A stretch of DNA of 32,000 bases from Candidatus Pacearchaeota archaeon (GTDB taxonomy: Archaea > Nanobdellota > Nanobdellia > Pacearchaeales > UBA284). The position numbers and the translations under genes were made by a program. The stretch is taken from contig CP061211.1 of the NCBI GenBank assembly GCA_026016245.1, forward strand, positions 660,001-692,000. Reading direction: 5' to 3'. Under the pieces are notes generated by a model, which searched no databases, was not told where the DNA came from, and saw only the letters and a program-made list of their open reading frames with translations. This document shows, piece after piece, positions 1 to 7,122 of the stretch (the stretch's first letter is position 1; each line of letters starts with the position of its first letter).

Positions 1-2
1 AA

Positions 3-1226
3 GGAACATATCTTGACATAACTCTTGAAGAGCCAGATGATGGTGATGATTTTAATATTGGTGATGAGATTGAAGTTAAGGTAGAAATAGAAAATGATGG
101 TAATGAAGACTTAGATATTGTTGTTGAGGCAGAACTTTATGATTTAGATGATGAAGATACTATAGTTGATGAGGAATATGAGACTGAAATAGAAGAAGAT
201 GAGTCAATAACAGTTACATTAAAATTAAAGATTCCTTCTTCAGTTGATGAGGATAATGATTTTGTTGTTAATATTAAGGTTTATGAGGATGGAGAAGAAG
301 ACGAGCAATGTAAAGAAGATTCTATTGAGGTTGATATAGAAAGAAAGAAACATGATATAACAATAAGAGATATTTCTTTGAGTACAGATACAGCTGCTTG
401 TGGTGATTCTTTCAATCTTTATTTGAGTATTGAGAATAATGGTGCTGAGGATGAGGATGTGAAAATAACTGTTTATAATTCTGTCTTGGACATAGATTTT
501 GAGAGAACTCTTTCCTTGGATGAAGGTGAGGATTATACTACAAACATTTTATTTGATGTACCTTTAGATATACAAGAAGGAAACTATTTGATAGATATTA
601 GAGTTTATTATGATTATTATGATAACAGCTATCATGAATCAGCATCAGAGGACTTACAATTAAAAGTTGAGGGTAATTGTCTACCTCCGTCTATGTCTGA
701 TGTTTCTCTGATTCTATCACAAACAGGAGATGTTTTTGCAAATTATGGGTTTAGAACAAAAGTTACTATAACAAATACAGGAAATCTCAGAACTACTTAC
801 AATATAGATGTTTCTGGATATGAAAATTGGGCAACTGTATCAAGTCTAAGTCCTGATACATTAACACTTGATGCTGGCGATGTTGGTTATGTTTATGTTA
901 CATTAAAGCCTTCTGAAGAGGCTTATGGAATGTATGATTTCAAAGTGAAGGTTAGTTTTGATGGTAAGACAGAAGAGCAGAGCATGAGTGTTAATGTTAA
1001 GCGTAGATCAGAGGCTGCAGCTACATGGGATCAACTATGGTTTGAAATCAACAGATACTGGCACTGGGCATTAATCAATCTAGCTCTTATTGCGGCAATC
1101 ATTATTTTAATAATCTGTTTAGTAAAATCAAAAAGATCAAAAACAAAACCAAAAGCAACAGAGATCAGATTAAGATCATTTCAACCTGAGTGGAAACCAA
1201 AAAAAGCAGGAAGAAAAAGGAGATAA
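3..1226 (+). CDS. Surface/S-layer-like protein, 5' end cut by window edge: three tandem acidic CARDB/COG1361-like beta-sandwich modules, C-terminal TM anchor, basic tail
   Basis: Frame 3 is open from nt 3 (GTYLDITLEEPDDGDDFNIGDEIEVKVEIENDGNEDLDIVV...) and runs without a stop into tracked ORF 378..1226, so TTG-378 is not the start. Three modules share an I-x-N-x-G strand pattern (VEIENDGNEDLDIVV / LSIENNGAEDEDVKITV / VTITNTGNLRTTYNIDV). It ends with helix WALINLALIAAIIILIICLV and the tail KSKRSKTKPK...KKAGRKRR. Confidence 0.6.
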   Translation, partial: GTYLDITLEEPDDGDDFNIGDEIEVKVEIENDGNEDLDIVVEAELYDLDDEDTIVDEEYETEIEEDESITVTLKLKIPSSVDEDNDFVVNIKVYEDGEEDEQCKEDSIEVDIERKKHDITIRDISLSTDTAACGDSFNLYLSIENNGAEDEDVKITVYNSVLDIDFERTLSLDEGEDYTTNILFDVPLDIQEGNYLIDIRVYYDYYDNSYHESASEDLQLKVEGNCLPPSMSDVSLILSQTGDVFANYGFRTKVTITNTGNLRTTYNIDVSGYENWATVSSLSPDTLTLDAGDVGYVYVTLKPSEEAYGMYDFKVKVSFDGKTEEQSMSVNVKRRSEAAATWDQLWFEINRYWHWALINLALIAAIIILIICLVKSKRSKTKPKATEIRLRSFQPEWKPKKAGRKRR

Positions 1227-1252
1227 GGAGAAGATAAAAGAGATAAAGTAAG

Positions 1253-1262
1253 TTTTATAAAA
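1253..1262 (+). promoter_or_regulatory. TATA box for pheS-pheT; leaderless transcript predicted
   Basis: TTTTATAAAA is centred ~26 nt upstream of the pheS ATG (1283). No SD-like purine run lies between them. Confidence 0.45.
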
Positions 1263-1282
1263 CTTAGGCTTCTTGTTCTGTT

Positions 1283-2827
1283 ATGAATAAAAAAGAAGTA
1301 GATTTAGAGGATTTGTTGTTAAGTTTAAGCCCGCTTGAGAGAACTATACTGCCTTTATTACACTTAAGCAGCGTAGATAAAATATCTGAGCAAGGAAAAC
1401 TTGATATGATAAGCCTAAATAGAGCTTTTCAGTTTCTTGGCAATAAAAATCTAATTAAGTTAAGCAAAGAAAAGAGGAAATTTGTTAAGATTGATACTAA
1501 TGGAATTCTTTATCTAAAAAAAGGATTGCCAGAAAGGAGACTTTTAAGTCTGCTTTTTGATATAAAGAAAATTGGTCTTGGAGATGCTAAAAAAAGATCT
1601 GGTTTGAGTGATAATGAATTTGCTATTGCTTTAGGAGTTTTGAAAGAAAAAAAGTTTGTTGAGGTAATTACTGGGAGCATCAATTTAAAAGTGTCTAAAG
1701 AGGAAGCAACAAAAAAATTCCCAGAAGAAAAATTTCTTGAAAGCCTGCCTCTTGAATTAGAAAAGTTGAATGAAAAAGAGAAAAATATCTTCCAAAAACT
1801 AAAAACTAGAAAGGATCTTGTAAGAATCGATGAAATTTCTAAAATTAGTTTTGAGATAACAGAGCTTGGCAAAAAAGTTATTGATGAGTTGCCTAAATTT
1901 AAGAAAGAGTTGATAGAGCAGCTTAGTTCTGATATGATAAAGAAAGGGACATGGAGGGGAAAGGTATTTAGAAAGTATGATATTAAAAGTAGGGCACCAG
2001 AAATTTATGGTGGGAAGAGACATTTTGTTAACCAGGCTATAGATTATGCGAGGAAGATTTGGATAGAGATGGGATTTAAGGAGATGACAGGAACTCTCGC
2101 ACAGGTTTCTTTTTGGAATTTTGATGCCTTATTCACAGCTCAAGATCATCCAGTTAGGGAAATGCATGACACTTTCTATGTTCAGGAATTAAAAGGAAAG
2201 CTTCCAGACAAGAAAATAGTGAAAGCAGTGAAAGGGGCTCATGAGAAGGGTGTTCATGGAAGCAAAGGATGGAAATATGAATGGAAAGAAGATGAAGCAA
2301 AAAAAATTATTCTGAGAACACATACTACTTGTTTATCAGCAAAAACTCTGGCAATTTTAGGGAAGTTGAAAGATAAGAAGAATAAAAGAGGAAAATTCTT
2401 CGCAGTAGGAAAATGTTTTAGAAATGAAACTCTTGATTGGAGCCATGGTTTTGAGTTCTACCAGACAGAGGGCATTGTTTTAGATAAGAATGCAAATTTT
2501 AGGCATCTTCTTGGCTACTTGCAAGAATTCTACAAAAAAATGGGTTTCAATAAAATTAGATTTGCTCCTGCTTATTTTCCTTATACAGAACCTAGTATGG
2601 AAATAACAGTATGGCATCCTGAAAAAAAAGTCTGGTTAGAGTTAGGAGGAGCAGGAATCTTCAGACCAGAGGTCACTATACCTTTGCTAGGAGAGTTTAT
2701 CCCTGTCTTAGCTTGGGGTCCTGGATTTGATAGGGCAATAATGGATTATTATCAGATTAAAGACTTGAGAGAAATGTACAAAAATGATATAAATCAGCTA
2801 AGAAAAATAAAATTTTGGTTGAAATAA
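1283..2827 (+). CDS. pheS: Phenylalanyl-tRNA synthetase alpha subunit, archaeal/eukaryotic type
   Basis: Class II motifs are present: FRNETLDWSHGFEFYQTEG (motif 2) and GAGIFRPEV...GPGFDR (motif 3). A long N-terminal helical/wHTH-like extension is typical of archaeal alpha subunits. The beta subunit follows after 1 nt. Confidence 0.9.
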   Translation: MNKKEVDLEDLLLSLSPLERTILPLLHLSSVDKISEQGKLDMISLNRAFQFLGNKNLIKLSKEKRKFVKIDTNGILYLKKGLPERRLLSLLFDIKKIGLGDAKKRSGLSDNEFAIALGVLKEKKFVEVITGSINLKVSKEEATKKFPEEKFLESLPLELEKLNEKEKNIFQKLKTRKDLVRIDEISKISFEITELGKKVIDELPKFKKELIEQLSSDMIKKGTWRGKVFRKYDIKSRAPEIYGGKRHFVNQAIDYARKIWIEMGFKEMTGTLAQVSFWNFDALFTAQDHPVREMHDTFYVQELKGKLPDKKIVKAVKGAHEKGVHGSKGWKYEWKEDEAKKIILRTHTTCLSAKTLAILGKLKDKKNKRGKFFAVGKCFRNETLDWSHGFEFYQTEGIVLDKNANFRHLLGYLQEFYKKMGFNKIRFAPAYFPYTEPSMEITVWHPEKKVWLELGGAGIFRPEVTIPLLGEFIPVLAWGPGFDRAIMDYYQIKDLREMYKNDINQLRKIKFWLK

Positions 2828-2828
2828 G

Positions 2829-4454
2829 ATGGCTATAGTAAAGTTTTCACGGAAAGAATTTGAAAAATATGTGAAGATAAATGATAAGATAAAAGAGAAG
2901 ATAAGCATGTTTGGAACTCCTTTTGAGTCTATAGATAAAAAAGAAATACAGATAGAAATTTTTCCTAATCGTCCTGATTTACTTTCTTTGCAAGGTTATA
3001 TTAGAGCTTTTCTTGCTTTTCTTGGAAAAAAGAAGGGACTTAGACAATATAGTATCAAGAAGCCAGAAAAAAATTATGAAGTCAAGATAAACAAGTCAGT
3101 GAGAGATGTGAGGCCATATACAGCTTGTGCAATAATCAAAAAGCTGAAGTTTGATGATGAGAGGATAAAAGAGGTAATAGATATACAGGAGAAGATTCAT
3201 GCAACTCTAGGAAGAAATAGAAAAAAAATAGCTATTGGTATTTATCCTCTTGAAAAAATTTTCCTTCCAATAAAATATGAGGCCAGAAAGCCTGAGGATA
3301 TAAAATTTGTTCCATTAGAGGGAAAGAGGGAGATGAATGGCCTACAGATTTTACAAAAACATCCAACAGGCAAGGAATATGGGTATCTATTAGAAGGAAA
3401 AAAGAAATTTCCTGTTTTTGTTGATGTTGCTGGAAACATTTTGAGTATGCCCCCAATCATAAACTCGGAACAGACAGGCAAGATAACTAAGAATACAAAA
3501 GAAGTTTTTGTTGAGTGTTCTGGATTTGATTTTAATATTCTAAAGAAAACACTGAATATTATTATCACAATGTTTGCTGACATGGGCGGGGAGGTTTATC
3601 AGATGAGGCTAAATTATGGTTTTAGAAAACAAGAATTAACACCTAATCTACAGCCAGAAAAGATGAAAATAAACTTGAATAATATTAATAAACTTTTAGG
3701 CTTGGACTTGAAAGAAAAAGACATTAAAAAGCTGCTAGAGAAAATGGGCTATGATTATAGGAATAAGGAAGTTTTAATTCCTGCTTGGAGAACTGATATC
3801 TTACATGAAGTGGATATTATTGAAGATATAGCTATAGCTTATGGCTATGATAACTTTGAACCAGAATTACCAGAGATATCAACAGTAGGAGAGGAAGACA
3901 AGAAAGAGATAATAAAAAGAAAAATTTCAGGAGTATTGACAGGATTAAATTTTATAGAAGTCTCTTCATATCACTTACTAACAAAACAGGATATGAAAAA
4001 GTCAGGCCATAGAGCAGGAATAGAAATTGAGAAGAGCAAAACAGATTATAATTTTCTAAAACCTGATTTGCTATGCTCTGCTCTTAAAATTTTAAGTGAG
4101 AATACAGATGCTGAATATCCCCAAAAAATATTTGAAATAGGTAAAGTTTTTGAAAAGAATGACAAGACTGAAACAAGAATAGAAGAAAGAGATAAGCTCA
4201 TTATAACAATTACTCCTGGAAATTTCACACAGATAAAACAGATTTTTGATTATTTGACAAACATGACAGACACGAAATTTGAGATTTCAGAAACTATAGC
4301 ACATAATTTTATTGAGGGAAGGACAGGTAGGATAATGATGGAAGGAAAGCAAATAGGTATCTTAGGAGAGATTCATCCCTCTGTTCTTAGAGCATGGCAT
4401 CTAAAAATGCCTCTGGCGTGTTTAGAAATTGATCTAGAAAAAATAATTAGCTAA
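2829..4454 (+). CDS. pheT: Phenylalanyl-tRNA synthetase beta subunit, archaeal type
   Basis: 541 aa. B3/4- and B5-like segments are present (IEIFPNRPDLLS, RPYTACAII, LIPAWRTDILHEVDIIEDIAIAYGYDNF). The ATG lies 1 nt after the pheS stop. Confidence 0.85.
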   Translation: MAIVKFSRKEFEKYVKINDKIKEKISMFGTPFESIDKKEIQIEIFPNRPDLLSLQGYIRAFLAFLGKKKGLRQYSIKKPEKNYEVKINKSVRDVRPYTACAIIKKLKFDDERIKEVIDIQEKIHATLGRNRKKIAIGIYPLEKIFLPIKYEARKPEDIKFVPLEGKREMNGLQILQKHPTGKEYGYLLEGKKKFPVFVDVAGNILSMPPIINSEQTGKITKNTKEVFVECSGFDFNILKKTLNIIITMFADMGGEVYQMRLNYGFRKQELTPNLQPEKMKINLNNINKLLGLDLKEKDIKKLLEKMGYDYRNKEVLIPAWRTDILHEVDIIEDIAIAYGYDNFEPELPEISTVGEEDKKEIIKRKISGVLTGLNFIEVSSYHLLTKQDMKKSGHRAGIEIEKSKTDYNFLKPDLLCSALKILSENTDAEYPQKIFEIGKVFEKNDKTETRIEERDKLIITITPGNFTQIKQIFDYLTNMTDTKFEISETIAHNFIEGRTGRIMMEGKQIGILGEIHPSVLRAWHLKMPLACLEIDLEKIIS

Positions 4455-4927
4455 CCAAAATAACTCTTTCTCTTTTTTTCTCTTGCTTTTGTTTTTGTTC
4501 TTTCTATGACTCTGGAAAATTCAATTAATTCTTTCTTAAAACCTTGCCATTTCTTGAAAATATATCTTATGAATTCAGCTTCTTTCTTTTCATTATAAAC
4601 TATATCTAAAGTTATTGCAGTTAGCTCAAAAGCCACAAGATTATGATAAATTTTTTCAACAAGTTCCTTATCTCTAACATTTAAAGTTTTAAGCAGAGCA
4701 AGGATAAAGACTGGCGCTGTTGTTGGATTCAAAAAAAGCTCAAAAAATCTTAAGAAAGCTGCAATCTTATCACTTATAGCCCTTCTTATCTCCCTTAACA
4801 GAAACTCAGTTTCTTTTTCCTGAATCTTCTCAATCTCAAATTCCTGATTTAGTTCAGAAAATCTAGGCAACTTATACTTTTTTCGGTATTTTTCATATTC
4901 TTTTTTCAATGCAGCTAATCCTTTCAT
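4451..4927 (-). CDS. Hypothetical helical protein (158 aa), Lys-rich C-terminus
   Basis: Long ORF with no competing gene on either strand. Its stop codon overlaps the pheT stop (CTAA, 4451-4454). No family recognised. Confidence 0.5.
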   Translation of the reverse strand: MKGLAALKKEYEKYRKKYKLPRFSELNQEFEIEKIQEKETEFLLREIRRAISDKIAAFLRFFELFLNPTTAPVFILALLKTLNVRDKELVEKIYHNLVAFELTAITLDIVYNEKKEAEFIRYIFKKWQGFKKELIEFSRVIERTKTKAREKKRKSYFG

Positions 4928-4952
4928 TTTATTTTTTAAGAAGAAGCTCTAT

Positions 4953-5390
4953 TTAAGCTTTGCTTTTTGATTTTTCCATTTTATCCCTAAAATCAACATA
5001 AGCCATGAAAAAATTATCTTTTGAAAAACTATTATCTATTCTTATTGGATTTGCTAAAAAATACCATTCCTGACCTTTTATTCTTGGATTGCTATTGTAA
5101 AAATTCACTGTTTTCTCTTTCTTTTCAATATGATAAAGAATAGACATCACTACTTCTCTTTCGTTTTCTCTAACTCTTTTGACAAATGCACTGGTTAGAT
5201 TCCCCCAACTTATTCCTTTTATATATCCCTGATCTAATAATAAGAAAGTATTTGGTTCTGTTGGTTCAATGATTTCAATTAAGTATCTTTTATTCCTAAA
5301 TCCCTCGTTTTGTACTTTAAATTGTAGAATATTAACTATATCTTTAGCTTCATGTTCATTCAAAGTTAGATCAGCTATAGTTTTTTCCAT
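4953..5390 (-). CDS. Hypothetical protein (145 aa)
   Basis: Intact ORF. A TATA-like CATTTATAAGTA on the minus strand (top 5420-5431) lies ~30-40 nt upstream of the ATG at 5390. No family recognised. Confidence 0.5.
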   Translation of the reverse strand: MEKTIADLTLNEHEAKDIVNILQFKVQNEGFRNKRYLIEIIEPTEPNTFLLLDQGYIKGISWGNLTSAFVKRVRENEREVVMSILYHIEKKEKTVNFYNSNPRIKGQEWYFLANPIRIDNSFSKDNFFMAYVDFRDKMEKSKSKA

Positions 5391-5452
5391 ATTTAAGATA
5401 TATCATAAATACTTATAAATGTTTTTATTAGTTAGTAGATACAGAAATAAGC

Positions 5453-5460
5453 AAGAAAAA
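5453..5460 (-). terminator. Oligo-T terminator after tRNA-Thr
   Basis: The minus strand reads ...CCGAGGC-T-GG-TTTTTCTT immediately after the discriminator. Confidence 0.4.
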
Positions 5461-5463
5461 CCA

Positions 5464-5537
5464 AGCCTCGGGCGTGAGTTGAACACGCGACCCCTACCTT
5501 ACCAAGGTAGTGCTCTGACCAACTGAGCTACCGAGGC
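5464..5537 (-). tRNA. tRNA-Thr (anticodon GGU), 74 nt, no encoded CCA
   Basis: Manual cloverleaf: acceptor GCCTCGG/CCGAGGC, D stem GCTC/GAGC, anticodon stem CTACC/GGTAG with loop TTGGTAA, T arm GCGTG-TTCAACT-CACGC, discriminator U. Confidence 0.9.
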
Positions 5538-5558
5538 ATAAATCAGAGAGAGAAGAAG

Positions 5559-5568
5559 AATTTTTAAG
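5559..5568. promoter_or_regulatory. Single shared TATA element between divergent tRNA-Thr and tRNA-Gln
   Basis: AATTTTTAAG is centred ~27 nt from the tRNA-Thr 5' end (5537) and ~29 nt from the tRNA-Gln 5' end (5593). On each transcribed strand the element is preceded by a purine-rich BRE-like run (AGAAGAAGAA on top, AAAAAGGC on bottom). Confidence 0.45.
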
Positions 5569-5592
5569 CCTTTTTGTTTTTTATCATAATAT

Positions 5593-5665
5593 AGCCCTGT
5601 AGTGTAGTGGTCAAGCATACGAGGCTCTGGACCTCGTGACAGTGGTTCGAATCCGCTCAGGGCTA
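5593..5665 (+). tRNA. tRNA-Gln (anticodon CUG), 73 nt, A1:U72 first pair, A73
   Basis: Acceptor AGCCCTG/CAGGGCT (7 perfect pairs only if nt 5593 is position 1), U8, D stem GTGT/GCAT, anticodon stem CGAGG/CCTCG with loop CTCTGGA, T arm AGTGG-TTCGAAT-CCGCT. Confidence 0.9.
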
Positions 5666-5677
5666 TTGTTATTTTAT
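5666..5677 (+). terminator. T-rich stretch after tRNA-Gln
   Basis: TTGTTATTTTAT directly follows the discriminator. Confidence 0.35.
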
Positions 5678-5731
5678 AGTAGTTAAAAAGAAAGGTTTAT
5701 AAATTATGGTTTCTTTTTAATATAAATTAAA

Positions 5732-6565
5732 ATGTTAAAAAAATTACTTAGCAAACTTGATGAAAACCCGAATAAGCAAATAGCTTCTTCATTGGTAAGA
5801 TATATAAGCAAAAGTGAAGAATTTCAACATACTTTAAACATATTTAGACAAACAGAAGATATCAAAAAAAGAAAAGGAAGATGCCTCATAGATGGAAAAA
5901 TGCATGTAAAAGAGGCTATGATGGAAGGAATATTAAGATATTATAGGCAGCATATAGATAAAATAAATGAACTAGAACAAGATTTGGAACTTGCTTCACA
6001 AAAACAAAATAAAGAGATTGATTCTATTTGTCACGGAACAAATAAATTTCTTTATGCTTTTGGATTAAAAAATATTAACTCAGTATTAGAAAATATTGAA
6101 GATATATCTTCTTTTATTGGAAAGATGGCTTATCTTTACTCTAATTTTAGAGAAAAAAAAGGAGTACTCGACAAAACAACATGTAAAATAGCTTTAATTT
6201 ATTTAAATTCTATAAATAATTTCTTAGAAGGACCTTCAAATATTCAAGAAAATTTACTTCCAATAGTAAAAAAAGAAATTAAGGATAAAATATCTCATTG
6301 TTTTTGGAGAAGTATACACAACTTACTTCATTGCCAAACTTGGTCAGATATTAAAATTAATTTATATTTAGATGATCAATTTCTTTCAGATGAAGTGTCT
6401 AAAAAATATGAAGAAACAATCTTGAAAAATCCAAAAAATTTAACTTTGATAGCAGATAGTATAAATCCTATTCTTGAATCAAAATATCCTAAATCATATC
6501 AAAAATTTAATGATATAATATTCAAAAAAGCTGAAGAATTATCCACTTATTACTTAAATCTGTAA
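5732..6565 (+). CDS. Hypothetical all-helical protein (277 aa), orphan
   Basis: Intact ORF embedded in the tRNA cluster. TTTATAAATT (5697-5706) lies ~30 nt upstream of the ATG. No motif recognised. The region looks more AT-rich by eye than neighbouring housekeeping genes. Confidence 0.5.
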   Translation: MLKKLLSKLDENPNKQIASSLVRYISKSEEFQHTLNIFRQTEDIKKRKGRCLIDGKMHVKEAMMEGILRYYRQHIDKINELEQDLELASQKQNKEIDSICHGTNKFLYAFGLKNINSVLENIEDISSFIGKMAYLYSNFREKKGVLDKTTCKIALIYLNSINNFLEGPSNIQENLLPIVKKEIKDKISHCFWRSIHNLLHCQTWSDIKINLYLDDQFLSDEVSKKYEETILKNPKNLTLIADSINPILESKYPKSYQKFNDIIFKKAEELSTYYLNL

Positions 6566-6626
6566 ATAGATCTATTTTAGAAAATTTTATATATCTGAAT
6601 AGCTTTGCGTTAATGGCTAGGGGAAA

Positions 6627-6779
6627 ATGGCAAAAGCAAGATATGAAGAAAGGGAAATAGAAGTTGAGTGCCCTAAATGTAAAATGCATAGCAAGGTTAA
6701 GGCAAATAATTTCTTTGATACCATGTATAGTTGTAGTAATTGTAAAGAACTGATTATTATCAAGAAATTGAAAGACTAA
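6627..6779 (+). CDS. Small zinc-ribbon protein (50 aa), not in the ORF track
   Basis: My translation: MAKARYEEREIEVECPKCKMHSKVKANNFFDTMYSCSNCKELIIIKKLKD*. It has two CxxC pairs (CPKC, CSNC). The start sits in a GGGAAAATG context and TTTTATATAT (6583-6592) lies upstream. Confidence 0.5.
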   Translation: MAKARYEEREIEVECPKCKMHSKVKANNFFDTMYSCSNCKELIIIKKLKD

Positions 6780-6802
6780 GTTAAACCTGCTTCTTAGAAT
6801 AA

Positions 6803-6814
6803 CTTTTAAATATT
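6803..6814 (+). promoter_or_regulatory. TATA box for tRNA-Glu
   Basis: CTTTTAAATATT is centred ~28 nt upstream of the tRNA 5' end (6836). The same AA-CTTT(T)(A/T)AAA pattern precedes tRNA-Tyr, tRNA-Asp and tRNA-Lys. Confidence 0.5.
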
Positions 6815-6835
6815 ATCCATATCTTTATCTTTCAA

Positions 6836-6908
6836 GCCCCCATGGTGTAGAGGCCAAGCATCGGGCCCTCTCGAGGCTCAGACCCGAGTTCGAATCTCGG
6901 TGGGGGCA
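6836..6908 (+). tRNA. tRNA-Glu (anticodon CUC), 73 nt
   Basis: Acceptor GCCCCCA/TGGGGGC, D stem GTGT/GCAT, anticodon stem GGGCC/GGCTC with loop CTCTCGA, T arm CCGAG-TTCGAAT-CTCGG, discriminator A. Confidence 0.9.
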
Positions 6909-6914
6909 TTTCAA

Positions 6915-7085
6915 ATGAAAAAAATATTAATTAAGGTTTTAAGCATAATTCTTACAATCATACTTATTTTTTCCTTAGTTCTCTTAGCTGTTGGAACTCT
7001 TAATCCACTTTACTTTTGGATTATTTTAGCATTCTGCGCAGTAATAGCTTTTTTTGGAATTCCTAGATTACGTAAAAAGAAATAA
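6915..7085 (+). CDS. Small membrane protein (56 aa, two predicted TM helices)
   Basis: MKKILIKVLSIILTIILIFSLVLLAVGT...FWIILAFCAVIAFFGIPRLRKKK. I place the start at ATG-6915. The tracked GTG-6900 start lies inside tRNA-Glu. Confidence 0.5.
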   Translation: MKKILIKVLSIILTIILIFSLVLLAVGTLNPLYFWIILAFCAVIAFFGIPRLRKKK

Positions 7086-7122
7086 TGAAAACTTTTATTA
7101 ATCTTCTTTAAATTATTCTATT

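Noticed and set aside
1-377. Treating 1-377 as non-coding upstream of ORF 378..1226
   Set aside because: The same frame is open from nt 3 and encodes a domain homologous to the following two modules, so this is the interior of a longer gene.
1510-4228. Antisense tracked ORFs inside pheS/pheT (1510..1872, 1799..2023, 3232..3456, 3242..3583, 4046..4228, all minus strand)
   Set aside because: They lie wholly within strongly supported aaRS genes. They translate to low-complexity F/S/L/I-rich sequence typical of the reverse strand of Lys/Glu-rich AT-rich coding DNA, and they have no start context.
6900-6914. Tracked GTG start of ORF 6900..7085
   Set aside because: The first 9 nt lie inside the tRNA-Glu acceptor stem. 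ATG-6915 gives a sensible MKK... membrane-protein N-terminus.
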